DNA from: Candidatus Methylomirabilis oxygeniifera
GTDB lineage: Bacteria > Methylomirabilota > Methylomirabilia > Methylomirabilales > Methylomirabilaceae
Assembly (NCBI GenBank): GCA_000091165.1
Contig: FP565575.1
Span: 420,001 to 452,000 of the forward strand
Direction of reading: 5' to 3'
Length of the DNA: 32,000 nucleotides
Part shown: positions 1 through 9,720 of the stretch, in pieces
Layout: each line of letters begins with the position of its first letter
How positions within the stretch are numbered: position 1 is the stretch's first letter
Made by a program: the position numbers and the translations under genes
Notes under the pieces: model-generated
The model's database searches: none
What the model saw: the letters and a program-made list of their open reading frames with translations, nothing else
Told to the model about the DNA's origin: nothing

Positions 1-882
1 GTGATCTCGGCCGCTGACGGTCTGGAGGCTCTGACTCATGTGGCTGCCGCCCCTCCGGACCTGATTCTGCTGGATATCATGATGCCGAAGCTGGATGGCT
101 ATGCAGTCTGCCGACGTCTCAAAGAGGAGGCGGCCACCCGCCTGGTGCCTATCGTGCTGCTTACGGCTCTTGGGGCGGAAGAAGCCCGGATTCGAGGAAT
201 CGAGGCGGGGGCCGACGACTTTATTACGAAGCCGTTCAGCCGGACAGAGCTGAAGGCCCGCATCCGCTCGCTGCTCCGGCTCAAGAGCTTTACCGACGAG
301 TTGGAGCACGCCGAAACCATGCTGCTTGCGCTGGGCCGAACCGTCGAGGCGAGGGACCCGTACACCCAGGGCCACTGCGAGCAGTTGGCGGCCTACTCGG
401 TCGCCCTTGGGCGGAAGCTAGGCCTGCCACTGGAGGAGTTGACGGCCCTGGATAGAGGCGGATTCTTGCACGACCTTGGTAAAATCGGGATTCCGGATGC
501 GATTCTCTTGAAACCAGGCGGCCTCAGCGAGGCAGAGTGGGTGATCATGCGCGAGCACCCGGTGATCGGCGAGCGGATCTGCCTGTCGCTGCGATCGCTC
601 CAGCGGGTTCTGCCGATCATCCGCCATCACCACGAGCGGTGGGATGGCAGCGGCTACCCGGACGGCCTGAAGGGCGAGGCGATTCCGATCACAGCACGCA
701 TCTTGCAAACCGTGGATATCTATGATGCAATGAGGACGGCCCGTCCATACAAGCCCGCCATGTCGCCTGAAGCTGCGTGCAATACCCTCCGGGATGAGGT
801 GGCGCGAGGTTGGCGGGATCCGCACATTGTGTGTCCGTTCATCGAGCTGATCGAACGCGGAGAGCTGCCGGATCGGAAGTAG
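1..882 (+). CDS. Response regulator, receiver domain fused to an HD-GYP (c-di-GMP phosphodiesterase-type) domain. It is 5'-partial: the reading frame is open to the window edge.
   Basis: The translation starts mid-receiver (DLILLDIMMPKLDGY ... ITKPF). It then carries HD-GYP signatures: HDLGKIGIPD, HHERWDGSGYPDGL. Stop codon TAG at 880-882. Confidence 0.85.
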   Translation: MISAADGLEALTHVAAAPPDLILLDIMMPKLDGYAVCRRLKEEAATRLVPIVLLTALGAEEARIRGIEAGADDFITKPFSRTELKARIRSLLRLKSFTDELEHAETMLLALGRTVEARDPYTQGHCEQLAAYSVALGRKLGLPLEELTALDRGGFLHDLGKIGIPDAILLKPGGLSEAEWVIMREHPVIGERICLSLRSLQRVLPIIRHHHERWDGSGYPDGLKGEAIPITARILQTVDIYDAMRTARPYKPAMSPEAACNTLRDEVARGWRDPHIVCPFIELIERGELPDRK

Positions 883-948
883 GCGGACCCTGAGGATATA
901 GGTGCCAGCGCTCTACGACCACAGAGACAAGCCTGGATGTAAGTACAT

Positions 949-3042
949 ATGTTGTCCATCAAGAACTGGAGCATCAGCACGCGGCTGCTGCTCGCCTTTC
1001 TCCTGGTCCTGGCTCCCTTTGTGGGGTTTGTCAGTATTGCCGGGCTGCATTTCGGCGCCATCATGCACTCCTATATACGGATCCAGGAGGATGCGACAGT
1101 CGATCTGAAGCGGACATCCGACGTAATGGCGGCTGCCGATGGTCTCCTGCTGGCAACTGAAGACTATCTCGCCAGTCGAGGTTCGCAGGAGCAGCAGCGG
1201 GTTATCGGATACGTGACGCATCTTCATGAGGCCTTCAGGATTCTGGGAACCACGCGATTTGAGGGCGCCGACGAGCGGCGATTGTTCGATGCAGCGAAAG
1301 ACATGGCGCCTCGCATGGAAGTGCTCGGACGGGAAATCGTAGAGCCTGCGCCCTTCCCGTACACTCGTGAGATATCCGCCAAGGTGGCCAGACTGACGAA
1401 GGTGCACGATCACGTCGATACGACGTTACATCAGCTTATGGACATCCACATACGCGAAATCGATGACGCGATGCGACACGTTTCCGATGTGGGCCGCCAG
1501 GTGATATTTGTCACGTTCGTTACATTGGCTGTCAGTGCGTTGGGGGCCGTCACCATCAGCGTTCCATTGGCGCACTGGCTGAGCCGACCCATCCGAGCCA
1601 TCGCGCAGGGGAGTCGTCGGCTGGCTGAGGGCGACCTGTCTCAACGGGTGGAGACGACCGGTGGAGGGGAGCTCGGAGAGGCGGCTCAGGCCTTTAACGA
1701 GATGGCGCAACGGCTGGAACGATCGGCCATCGAGAATACCGCGCTCTACGGCGCAGCGCGCCAGCGCGCCGAACGGATTGCGGCCGTCAATCGCCTGACC
1801 AAGATCATCAGCGCCTCCCTCGATATCGGCGCGGTCTATGAGACCTTTGCCGCGGAGTTGAAACGGTTCATCCCGTACGCGCGGATGGGGATTGTGATAG
1901 CTGAGAAGTCGGGCGTGCGATTTGCGCTCTTTCAACTTGTCGGCCACCGACTGAATGCGGTGCCGATTGGGATGGTCTGGTCGAACGTGAGAGGGACCGG
2001 CATTGAGTGGGTGATGTCCCACAGACGGCCTCATTTTGAACGGGATCTTGCAAAGGCGCGACGATTTGTCGAAGATGGAGCCCTGCTGAAAGAAGGGGTC
2101 CGCTCCACCGTTCGTCTGCCCCTCATCGCAACAGGACAGGTCATCGGTGTCCTCTTTCTTGATGATGTCGAGCCCGATCGTTACAGCGAGCATGATCTTG
2201 AACTGCTTATTCCTCTTGGGGAGCAGTTGGCGATTGCCATCGAAAACTCCCGGCTGCATAGCGAGATGGAACGAAAGGTGGAGGAGCGAACCGAGACGCT
2301 TCGGGAGACGCAGGCTCAGCTCATCCAGTCCGGTAAGTTGGCGGCGGTAGGGACGCTGGCGGCCGGAGTGGCCCACGAACTGAACCAGCCCCTGATGATT
2401 ATCCGGGGCTACGCCCAGGAGCTGCTGACCGACGAGCGGGTAGCCTCCGAGGAGATCCGTGATGACCTGCGGCGGATTGAGGCACAGACGACCCGAATGG
2501 CGGCCATCATCAACCACCTTCGCGACTTCTCGCGCGAGTCGAAGGGCAGGCGAGAGGTCACAGACCTGAACCGGTTGGTGAGAGAAGCGCTGGCCTTCCT
2601 CGGTCAGCAGCTCAAAGCTCACGATGTCGTCGTCGTTCAGGAGCTCGACCCTGCGCTGCCGACGGTCTGGGTCGATCCGTTGCAGATCGAACAGGTACTT
2701 TTGAATCTGATCACCAACGCGCGGGACGCTATGGAGTCGACCGGGATGGGGGCGATCACCATCCGGACCGATGTCGTATCCGGTAGCCGGGTGGCGCTGA
2801 GCGTGACCGATACCGGTCCCGGCATCCCTGAAGAGATTCGGACCAGAATCTTTGATCCCTTCTTTACGACGAAAGAGGTCGGCAAGGGAACGGGTCTCGG
2901 TCTGAGCATCTGTCATGGTATTATCGAGGAGCATGGGGGGGCGTTAATAATGGAGAGCTCGGTGGCCGACGGACGGGGCGCCCGATTTACCATGATCTTA
3001 CCCCAGGCCGTCCTGGATGAGACGACAGGCGAGCGGACATGA
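949..3042 (+). CDS. Membrane sensor histidine kinase (2 TM segments, extracytoplasmic sensor, HAMP, GAF, HisKA, HATPase_c)
   Basis: 697-aa ORF. Hydrophobic segments lie near aa 10-35 and 185-210. HAMP-like [25 protein letters not shown]-like block (...VIGVLFLDD...). H-box [16 protein letters not shown]1 and G2 boxes: [29 protein letters not shown]. Confidence 0.9.
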   Translation: MLSIKNWSISTRLLLAFLLVLAPFVGFVSIAGLHFGAIMHSYIRIQEDATVDLKRTSDVMAAADGLLLATEDYLASRGSQEQQRVIGYVTHLHEAFRILGTTRFEGADERRLFDAAKDMAPRMEVLGREIVEPAPFPYTREISAKVARLTKVHDHVDTTLHQLMDIHIREIDDAMRHVSDVGRQVIFVTFVTLAVSALGAVTISVPLAHWLSRPIRAIAQGSRRLAEGDLSQRVETTGGGELGEAAQAFNEMAQRLERSAIENTALYGAARQRAERIAAVNRLTKIISASLDIGAVYETFAAELKRFIPYARMGIVIAEKSGVRFALFQLVGHRLNAVPIGMVWSNVRGTGIEWVMSHRRPHFERDLAKARRFVEDGALLKEGVRSTVRLPLIATGQVIGVLFLDDVEPDRYSEHDLELLIPLGEQLAIAIENSRLHSEMERKVEERTETLRETQAQLIQSGKLAAVGTLAAGVAHELNQPLMIIRGYAQELLTDERVASEEIRDDLRRIEAQTTRMAAIINHLRDFSRESKGRREVTDLNRLVREALAFLGQQLKAHDVVVVQELDPALPTVWVDPLQIEQVLLNLITNARDAMESTGMGAITIRTDVVSGSRVALSVTDTGPGIPEEIRTRIFDPFFTTKEVGKGTGLGLSICHGIIEEHGGALIMESSVADGRGARFTMILPQAVLDETTGERT

Positions 3043-3743
3043 CGGGCGCACGTATTTTGCTGGTCGATGACGAGCCGGAGATTCGCAGATTACTTTCGCG
3101 TCATCTCCAGCGGCTGGGGTATACGGTGCGGGAGGCTGGGGATGGCGAGGAGGCCGTGGCGGCGGCGACGGCGGAGATTCCGGATGTCGTGATCACCGAT
3201 ATGTCTATGCCTCGCCTGGACGGTCTGGAGTTGCTTGAGAGGCTTCGAAGTATGGATCCCGGTCTTCCTGTTATCGTGCTGACCGGGCACGGGTCGATCG
3301 AGAACGTCATTGCCGCGATGCGGCGGGGGGCGGCCTTTGATTATCTGCTCAAGCCGCTCCAGGACCTTACCGTGCTGGAGGTGTCGGTTGCCAGGGCCTT
3401 TGAGATCAGGAAGCTGCGCGCCCAGGCCCGCGAGGCGTTTCAGGTCGGCGCCATCCGGGAGTTGGCGGTGACTGCGAGCGACAGGATCCTGAATCCTCTG
3501 AACATCATCAGTCTGAGTGTGGAGCGGCTGACCCGCAACGGGATGACGGCAGAGGCTAAGGCCAAAGCGGTCGCGAACATCGAGACGGCTGTCGAGACTA
3601 TTACCAAGGTTGTCCGGCAGATGCGTGCGGTGGCGCGATATACGCCTCGCGAGGTCGTCCCGGGTCTGCGGGAGATCGATCTTGATCGAGCCGCCGGAGA
3701 CGAGAAGCGCGAGAAGAACGACGAGTCGTTGCCGCCGACATGA
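3039..3743 (+). CDS. Response regulator receiver fused to a C-terminal DHp-like (HisKA-like) helical region that has no histidine
   Basis: Its ATG overlaps the kinase stop codon (ATGA at 3039-3042). Receiver motifs: LLVDDEPE, VITDMSMPRLDG, LLKP. C-terminal ASDRILNPLNIISLSVERL aligns by eye to the upstream kinase H-box [20 protein letters not shown], with Asp in place of His. Confidence 0.85.
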   Translation: MTGARILLVDDEPEIRRLLSRHLQRLGYTVREAGDGEEAVAAATAEIPDVVITDMSMPRLDGLELLERLRSMDPGLPVIVLTGHGSIENVIAAMRRGAAFDYLLKPLQDLTVLEVSVARAFEIRKLRAQAREAFQVGAIRELAVTASDRILNPLNIISLSVERLTRNGMTAEAKAKAVANIETAVETITKVVRQMRAVARYTPREVVPGLREIDLDRAAGDEKREKNDESLPPT

Positions 3744-3817
3744 TGCTTGAGACTTGCGTGAACACCTTCGCGGTGCGCTCGCCTTTCTATCAGAAGGCAT
3801 AATGCAAGGGAGCGACG

Positions 3818-4513
3818 ATGATGCTCAAGGCGGTGATCTTTGATGCCGGCAACACCATCATGCTGGTCAACTACGGTGTGGTCGTGGAGGCATTGGCGGC
3901 CGAAGGCTGGGATGTGGAGGAGGCGGCGGTGCGAGAGGCGGAGTATCGCGCTCGGGTGCGCCTCGATCAGATCCTGGCCCGGCGCAACTCCACCGAAGCG
4001 CCGCAGATCTTCCAGACGTATATGCGCTTTGTCTGCGAAGGCATTGGCATGTCGTGGGGAGTGGCCGCTGAGCAGGCGCTACGTCGGCTCGCCGAGTACC
4101 ATCGAGCGTATAATCTCTGGAATCAACCGAATCCTCAGGCCTCTGCTGTGCTTCAGACGTTGCACGATCGCGGGCTCACGCTGGGCATGATCTCAAATTC
4201 GAACGGATGGGTCGAGCGGCTTGTGACGGAAAGCGGACTTCGCCCTTACTTTCACTTCGTACTGGACTCGCGGCTGGTTGGGGTAGAAAAGCCTGATCCT
4301 AGGATCTTTCAGATCGCGCTGGATCGGGTCGGGATCGGTTCCGCCGAGGCGCTCTACATCGGCGACCTGTACTCCATTGATGTCGTAGGACCGAGAGCGG
4401 CGGGGATGCGCGCGATCCTGCTCGATCCTGCCGGTCTGTGGGATCAGGTGGACTGCCAAAAGGCGCGCGACCTATCGGAAGCGGCCGACCTGGTTCTGAT
4501 GCAGCTTTCGTAA
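3818..4513 (+). CDS. HAD-superfamily hydrolase (subfamily IA-like)
   Basis: Shine-Dalgarno AAGGGAG upstream. HAD motifs: I (VIFDAGNT), II (MISNSN), III (VEKPDPRIF), IV (IGDLYSIDV). Confidence 0.8.
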   Translation: MMLKAVIFDAGNTIMLVNYGVVVEALAAEGWDVEEAAVREAEYRARVRLDQILARRNSTEAPQIFQTYMRFVCEGIGMSWGVAAEQALRRLAEYHRAYNLWNQPNPQASAVLQTLHDRGLTLGMISNSNGWVERLVTESGLRPYFHFVLDSRLVGVEKPDPRIFQIALDRVGIGSAEALYIGDLYSIDVVGPRAAGMRAILLDPAGLWDQVDCQKARDLSEAADLVLMQLS

Positions 4514-4547
4514 CCTGCGCCTTATCCCGAGCAGCCCACCGCGCTTC

Positions 4548-5222
4548 TCACCCTTCCTGTTCGTTAAACAAGAAGCGCCGCGTATGGGGAGCCACGGTGG
4601 TTCCGGCGGTTGCAAGATCGCGCCGAAGCCTCGCCAGGTCGTCCGGCATATCGACGTCGAACCAGGACGGGAGCATCGCAACCTGCAACTGTTGCGTCGC
4701 CGCGCGCCGGAGTGTGTCGGTCAGGACTGTCGGGCCGCTCCAGGGGATGTTATCGAAGAGTGCACGGCAGGGGCGCTTGAGACCGATAAGGTAATAGCCT
4801 CCATCCTCCGCCGGGCCGAGTACGAGGTCTGTTGTTCCGCTCTGCAGTCGCGCGATGGCATCCAGCAGGTAGGACGTGGGCAGGGTCGGGCTGTCGCTGT
4901 CGATGAGAAGAGTCGCCGGATGGCCCCGTTCCAGCAGGATCGCTGAGAGTCGGTGAAGTCGGTCTCCGAGAGTTGAACCCGCCTGCGGAATCAGCGTAAA
5001 ACTTTCCGGTAACATGGCGAGCATCGACAGCCTTGCCTCGATGGGTGTGTAGGCCAGGTACGGATCGATGTCTGGGATCCCGGCGACCTGCTGCAGCTTA
5101 TCCAGTAAAAAACACCGATACAGCTCCGCCGCGCGCTCATGGCTTAACGGCGGGACAAGACGTGTCTTAACCCGTCCCGCCTCAGGCACTCTGGCCATCA
5201 CCGCAATCGCATATCGTCGCAT
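4548..5222 (-). CDS. DUF2064 / TIGR04282-type nucleotidyl- or glycosyl-transferase-like protein
   Basis: MRRYAIAVMARVPEAGRVKTRL..., DSDSPTLP, GPAEDGGYYLIGL and IPWSGPTVL are typical of DUF2064. I chose the internal ATG at 5222 because the longer ORF (to 5303) overlaps the glk 3' end. Confidence 0.7.
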   Translation of the reverse strand: MRRYAIAVMARVPEAGRVKTRLVPPLSHERAAELYRCFLLDKLQQVAGIPDIDPYLAYTPIEARLSMLAMLPESFTLIPQAGSTLGDRLHRLSAILLERGHPATLLIDSDSPTLPTSYLLDAIARLQSGTTDLVLGPAEDGGYYLIGLKRPCRALFDNIPWSGPTVLTDTLRRAATQQLQVAMLPSWFDVDMPDDLARLRRDLATAGTTVAPHTRRFLFNEQEG

Positions 5223-5253
5223 ACGGCAAGCGTATCGGACCCCCTTCCGCTTG

Positions 5254-6276
5254 TCAACCACCTTCAGGCGGTAACGAGCGCCTGTAGGCCGCTGTGAGGC
5301 CATAGTGGGCGGCGCCGATCAGGGGTGCACGCAGGTTTAATGCGACCTTCACCTCGATTGACCGGAGCAGGTCGGCGAAGCGTCCCTTGTCGGCGAAGGC
5401 GCGGGTGAACGCACTGCGTAGGGGTGCGTGGTCATGTGCCCCTGCAAGGATCTTCGGCGCGATCCCTCCCCCGACATACACCCCACCGATGGCGAATGCC
5501 TTCAGGGTCAGATTGCCCGCCTCCGATCCGTACATAGAGACGAACAGATCAAGCGCTTTCGTGCAGAGCGGGTCGTCCCCTGCCAGCCCGATCTCAGAGA
5601 TCACCGCGCCTGCGTCATCCTCTGCAATGCGCGTCCGAAGCCACTCCGGCTCTCGGGCTATGCCGCTGTCCCGGAGGAACCGATAGATGTTGAAGAGCCC
5701 CGGACCAGACAGCAGTCGCTCGTAACTCACGTGACCGAATTCCCGCTGGAGATAGCGCAGCAGGTCGACCTCGATGTCGCTGCGTGGGGCGAAATCAGCG
5801 TGTCCTCCCTCGGTGGCCATTGGATGATAACGCTTCCCGTCCCAGTAGAGGATCGCCTCCCCCAAACCCGTGCCGGCCGCGATGACGGCGATATTACCCT
5901 TGCGCGGGGAACCCGGCTGAAGCACACACAGGTCGGTCGGCTCGAGATGCAGCATCCCGTAGGCTGTTGCTTCCAGATCGTTCAGGAGCTTCACTCGCGG
6001 AACGCGAAGGGCTTCCGCGAGGCTGCGCTCATCCAACTCCCAGGGAAGATTTGTCGCGTTACTCTTTCCTCCGATCACCGGTCCGGCCACCCCGAAGCAG
6101 GCCACGCTGAGTGACGCGGCAGGCCCAGGGCCCATGAACTGGTTGAGGACCTCTTCGAGCGAGTTGTAATGTTGGCTGGGGAACGTTTCTTCGCGGATGG
6201 CGTGCAGCCGGTTACCGGCCTCTCCAAACAGGCCGATAACGGTCTTCGTCCCCCCGATGTCGCCGGCCAAGATCAT
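5254..6276 (-). CDS. glk: Glucokinase
   Basis: N-terminus MILAGDIGGTKTVIGLF (ATP-binding motif of the Glk family) and length about 340 aa. The start ATG overlaps the pgl stop codon as ATGA (revcomp of tcat at 6273-6276). Confidence 0.85.
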   Translation of the reverse strand: MILAGDIGGTKTVIGLFGEAGNRLHAIREETFPSQHYNSLEEVLNQFMGPGPAASLSVACFGVAGPVIGGKSNATNLPWELDERSLAEALRVPRVKLLNDLEATAYGMLHLEPTDLCVLQPGSPRKGNIAVIAAGTGLGEAILYWDGKRYHPMATEGGHADFAPRSDIEVDLLRYLQREFGHVSYERLLSGPGLFNIYRFLRDSGIAREPEWLRTRIAEDDAGAVISEIGLAGDDPLCTKALDLFVSMYGSEAGNLTLKAFAIGGVYVGGGIAPKILAGAHDHAPLRSAFTRAFADKGRFADLLRSIEVKVALNLRAPLIGAAHYGLTAAYRRSLPPEGG

Positions 6277-7052
6277 GGGGTTTTCTCGGCGAGCCGACTG
6301 GCGGCGGCCTGGTCGACCAACCAAACCAACCGGCCTGCTACCGGCCGGATAAGTTGGGCCGGCAATCGTTCTGTGTCTGACGGCCCTTCGAGGATCGCTT
6401 GGAGCGCCATGGCCTTCTCAATCCCAGAGACCAGAAACAGGATCATTGTTGCTCGATTGAGGATGGGTATCGTGAGCGTCAAGCGATCCGCCTTCAGTTC
6501 GGGGATGTAGTTGGCCGCCACCCACCGTTTAGTCGCTCGAAGCGCCGGGGTATGCGGGAACAGCGAGGCGGTATGACCGTCAGTCCCCAATCCCAGAAGA
6601 ATAAGGTCGAACGCAGGCGGCTCATCTGGTGACTGCGTGGCGAACGTTCTGGCGATGTCAGTGTCATACTCGCCGGCCGCCGCATCCAAGTCTGCTCGCT
6701 CGGCCTGCATCCGGTGGATCTGATCTTCCGGAATCGGAACGCGACTGAGCAGAGTAGCCCTGGCCATGCCAAAGTTTGAGTCCGGGTGCTCCGGCGGCAC
6801 CGCTCGCTCATCCGTCCAAAAGAGGTGGGTCTCCCGCCATGGTAGGCGAGTGCGGTACGGGTCAGCCGCCAGGAGCGAGTACAGGCGTTTCGGAGTCGAG
6901 CCACCTGCCAGGGCAATGGTAAAGCGGCCACAACGGGCCACCGCTTCCTCGGCGATTGCGCCGACCCGCTTTGCGGCCTCCTGAGCGAGAGCAGCCGGAT
7001 TGGCTACCACCAGCAGGCCGCCCACATGCCCTATGGTCATCCCGCTCTTCAT
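6273..7052 (-). CDS. pgl: 6-phosphogluconolactonase
   Basis: IALAGGSTPKRLY..., LFWTDERAVP and ILLGLGTDGHTASLFP are 6PGL/NagB-family signatures. The start is uncertain: ATG at 7052 or 7040. The longer ORF reaching 7280 overlaps zwf. Confidence 0.8.
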   Translation of the reverse strand: MKSGMTIGHVGGLLVVANPAALAQEAAKRVGAIAEEAVARCGRFTIALAGGSTPKRLYSLLAADPYRTRLPWRETHLFWTDERAVPPEHPDSNFGMARATLLSRVPIPEDQIHRMQAERADLDAAAGEYDTDIARTFATQSPDEPPAFDLILLGLGTDGHTASLFPHTPALRATKRWVAANYIPELKADRLTLTIPILNRATMILFLVSGIEKAMALQAILEGPSDTERLPAQLIRPVAGRLVWLVDQAAASRLAEKTP

Positions 7053-7092
7053 TCCTTCTATGATTTCCTTGATGTCATCACTTGCGAGAAGA

Positions 7093-8688
7093 TTACGGGT
7101 TGACCCACTGCCGACCGTCGGCCCCGATGAAGCGGTCGGCTTCTTTTGGACCCCAGTTGCCGGCGGGATAATACGCCAGGCCGGAGCGGTCGGCGGCAGC
7201 CCAGGCCTCGAGTATTGGCGTGACCAAAGCCCATGCGGACTCGACCTCATCGCGCCGAATGAACAGCGTCGAGTCCCCAAGCATACAGTCGAGCAGCAGA
7301 CGCTCGTAGGCCTCGGTCGGATCGATTCCGAAGGCCTCCCGGTACGAGAAGCCTAAACGGGCAGGAATCAGACTGATACTTGGCCCGGGAGGCTTGAGCC
7401 CCACTCGCAGGGAGATCCCCTCGTCGGGCTGGATCCGCAACGTTAAGCGGTTCGGCTGGATCACGTCACGTCTCTCATGGCCAAGGTGACCCGCGTGCTG
7501 GAACAGCAAGAGCGGCGGCTGGCGGTACTGGATGGTCACCTCGGTCACTCGCTTTGGTAGCGCCTTCCCGGTTCGCAGGTAGAACGGTACCCCCGCCCAG
7601 CGCCAGTTGTCGATTTCCAGACGAAGCGCTGCGAAGGTCTCCGTTGCCGTTTCAGCCGCAACCCCGGGCTCATCGGCATAGGCTGCAATCCTTTTCCCGT
7701 GAAGCTGGCCGCTGATATACTGCGCCCGGACGGTGGCACTCTCCACATCTGTTGTCAGGACCTCACGAATTGCGCGCAAGACTTTGACTTTCTCATCGCG
7801 GACCGCGTCAGGATCAAAGGTGGCCGGCGGCTCCATGGCCACCAGCGACAGGAGTTGTAGCATGTGGTTTTGCAGCATGTCCCGCATGGCGCCCGCGCCG
7901 TCATAATAGCCGCCTCGACCCTCCACGCCATGATCTTCCGCCACTAAGAGCTGAATGTGGTCGATATACCGACGGTTCCATAACGGTTCAAAGATGCTGT
8001 TGCCGAAGCGGAAGGTCAGGATGTTCTGGACGGTTTCCTTGCCGAGATAGTGGTCGATGCGATAGACCTGCCGTTCGCGAAAGACCTGGTGAATCTCGGC
8101 ATTTAGGGTCAGGGCCGTTGCCAGGTCGCGTCCGAACGGCTTTTCAACGATGATCCGACAACACCCGCGAGCCTCCGATGCTGGTTCGGTATCGTACGGA
8201 CCGTCTCGAACCTCGCTTACCAGTCCGGCGGCTCCCAGGTGGGCCACGACCGCCGCGTAGGCTGCAGGGGGCGTGGCCAGGTAGTAGAGTCGATTGCCGC
8301 CGGTACCATGCCGACGATCTACCTCTACGAGCAGCTCCCGGAGCCGCTCGTACCCGACCGGTTCCTCAAACGCGCCCGTAACATAGTAGAGGCCTTGCGC
8401 CAAGCGGTTCCATGCTTCAGAGTCGAGCGGTTGCAGACGAGAAAACTGCTCCACCGCCTGACGCATCTCTTCGCGGAACGCCTCGTGACCCTTTTCTTTT
8501 CGCGCGAACCCGATCGCCGCAAACCGGTCAGGGAGCAGACCGTCATGCGCCAACGCGTACAGGGCCGGCAGGAGCTTACGCCTGGTCAGGTCGCCCGATG
8601 CCCCGAAGATGACCATCGCGCACCCTTCCGGCACCTGGTAGCGGGACGGCTGAGTGATTGCCTCGGTCACGATCTGCGTCGCAGTCAT
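7093..8688 (-). CDS. zwf: Glucose-6-phosphate 1-dehydrogenase
   Basis: MVIFGASGDLTRRKLLPALY (NADP-binding), RIDHYLGKE (active-site motif) and EKPFGRDL. The start at 8688 is preceded by GGAGGA and sits 5 nt after the gnd stop codon. Confidence 0.9.
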   Translation of the reverse strand: MTATQIVTEAITQPSRYQVPEGCAMVIFGASGDLTRRKLLPALYALAHDGLLPDRFAAIGFARKEKGHEAFREEMRQAVEQFSRLQPLDSEAWNRLAQGLYYVTGAFEEPVGYERLRELLVEVDRRHGTGGNRLYYLATPPAAYAAVVAHLGAAGLVSEVRDGPYDTEPASEARGCCRIIVEKPFGRDLATALTLNAEIHQVFRERQVYRIDHYLGKETVQNILTFRFGNSIFEPLWNRRYIDHIQLLVAEDHGVEGRGGYYDGAGAMRDMLQNHMLQLLSLVAMEPPATFDPDAVRDEKVKVLRAIREVLTTDVESATVRAQYISGQLHGKRIAAYADEPGVAAETATETFAALRLEIDNWRWAGVPFYLRTGKALPKRVTEVTIQYRQPPLLLFQHAGHLGHERRDVIQPNRLTLRIQPDEGISLRVGLKPPGPSISLIPARLGFSYREAFGIDPTEAYERLLLDCMLGDSTLFIRRDEVESAWALVTPILEAWAAADRSGLAYYPAGNWGPKEADRFIGADGRQWVNP

Positions 8689-8692
8689 TGTG

Positions 8693-9676
8693 CTATCCTC
8701 CGGCAGGCCGCTCGACATGCCCACCGAACTTCTGTCGCATGGCCGACAACAACTTTTCGGCAAAGGTGTGTTCTTGTCGAGAGCGAAAGCGCGCATACAG
8801 AGACGCCGACAGCACATCGGCAGGCACCGCCTCTTCAATAGCGGCCATGATCGTCCATCGTCCTTCACCGGAATCCTGGACGAACCCTGTATAGTTCGAT
8901 AACGTGGGATCTTCCGCGAGCGCCGTCGCCGTCAGGTCAAGCAGCCACGATGACACAACGCTACCGTGCCGCCATACTTCTGCGATGTCAGCCGTATTGA
9001 GGTCATAACGGTACTCTTCAGGGAGGTCCAGTGAGAGCGCATTGCGCAGGATATCGAAGCCCTCCGCGAAGGCCTGCATCAGGCCGTACTCAATGCCGTT
9101 GTGGACCATTTTAACGAAATGACCGGCGCCCACCGGGCCACAGTGTAGGTAGCCATCCTCCGTCGTACCGCCAGACTGCTGGCGACCGGGGGTACGGGGA
9201 ATATCGTCCGGCCCTGGTGCGAGCGTCTTGAAGATCGGCTTCAGTCGCTCGACCGCGCCCGCCTGGCCACCGATCATCAAGCAGTAGCCGCGCTCCAGAC
9301 CCCAGATCCCGCCGCTGGTACCTACATCCACGTACTGGACACCTCTCGCCTGGAGTGCCTTCGCGCGGCGCACATCATCCTTGTAGTAGGAGTTGCCGCC
9401 GTCAATGATGATGTCGTCCGTCTCCATCCGCTGCGAGAGCGCCATGACGATCTGCTCCGTCGCCTCCCCTGCCGGCACCATCACCCATGCTGCCCGAGGT
9501 GTGGTGAGGGCGCGCACGAACTCGTCCAGCGACTTGGCAGCCGTCGCGCCCTCCTGCGCCAATGCCCTCACGCGGTCGGAATTCGCGTCGAATACGACGC
9601 ACTCATGCCCGCCTCGCATCAGGCGGCGGACCATGTTCGCGCCCATCTTACCCAGACCAATCACCCCGAGCTGCAT
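8693..9676 (-). CDS. gnd: 6-phosphogluconate dehydrogenase, short (about 330 aa, decarboxylating, YqeC/Gnd-like) form
   Basis: [19 protein letters not shown] Rossmann N-terminus, [24 protein letters not shown] and [13 protein letters not shown]. Shine-Dalgarno GGAGGAG lies 8 nt upstream of the ATG at 9676. Confidence 0.85.
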   Translation of the reverse strand: MQLGVIGLGKMGANMVRRLMRGGHECVVFDANSDRVRALAQEGATAAKSLDEFVRALTTPRAAWVMVPAGEATEQIVMALSQRMETDDIIIDGGNSYYKDDVRRAKALQARGVQYVDVGTSGGIWGLERGYCLMIGGQAGAVERLKPIFKTLAPGPDDIPRTPGRQQSGGTTEDGYLHCGPVGAGHFVKMVHNGIEYGLMQAFAEGFDILRNALSLDLPEEYRYDLNTADIAEVWRHGSVVSSWLLDLTATALAEDPTLSNYTGFVQDSGEGRWTIMAAIEEAVPADVLSASLYARFRSRQEHTFAEKLLSAMRQKFGGHVERPAGG

Positions 9677-9720
9677 CGTGTGTGCTCCTCCCACAAAAAG
9701 AAGCGGTCAGCTATCAGCGT

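Noticed and set aside
1426-2934. 502-aa ORF on the minus strand, plus similar long antisense or out-of-frame ORFs at 3090..3800, 5428..6114, 8239..8841, 9970..10836, 17134..17757, 19393..19950, 21573..22160 and 28833..29531.
   Set aside because: Each lies entirely inside a gene with unmistakable family motifs on the other strand or frame. Their translations are Arg/Pro/Gly/Ser-rich with no motifs and no Shine-Dalgarno. Such shadow ORFs are expected in GC-rich DNA.
3842-3856. HAD motif I reads FDAGNT, with no second Asp at +2. This looked like an inactivated phosphatase.
   Set aside because: Known HAD subfamilies (haloacid-dehalogenase-type DxYGT and relatives) naturally lack the +2 Asp, and motifs II-IV are intact. 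It is not evidence of a pseudoenzyme.
8689-8868. N-terminal extensions suggested by the ORF track for zwf. The same issue arises for pgl (7053..7280), glk (6277..6324), DUF2064 (5223..5303), leuB (20053..20118), rplY (25465..25545), rpsF, ssb, rplI and DUF2232.
   Set aside because: The extensions overlap the preceding gene, encode Cys/Arg-rich junk, and lack a Shine-Dalgarno. Internal starts give canonical N-termini and have good Shine-Dalgarno sequences or ATGA coupling.
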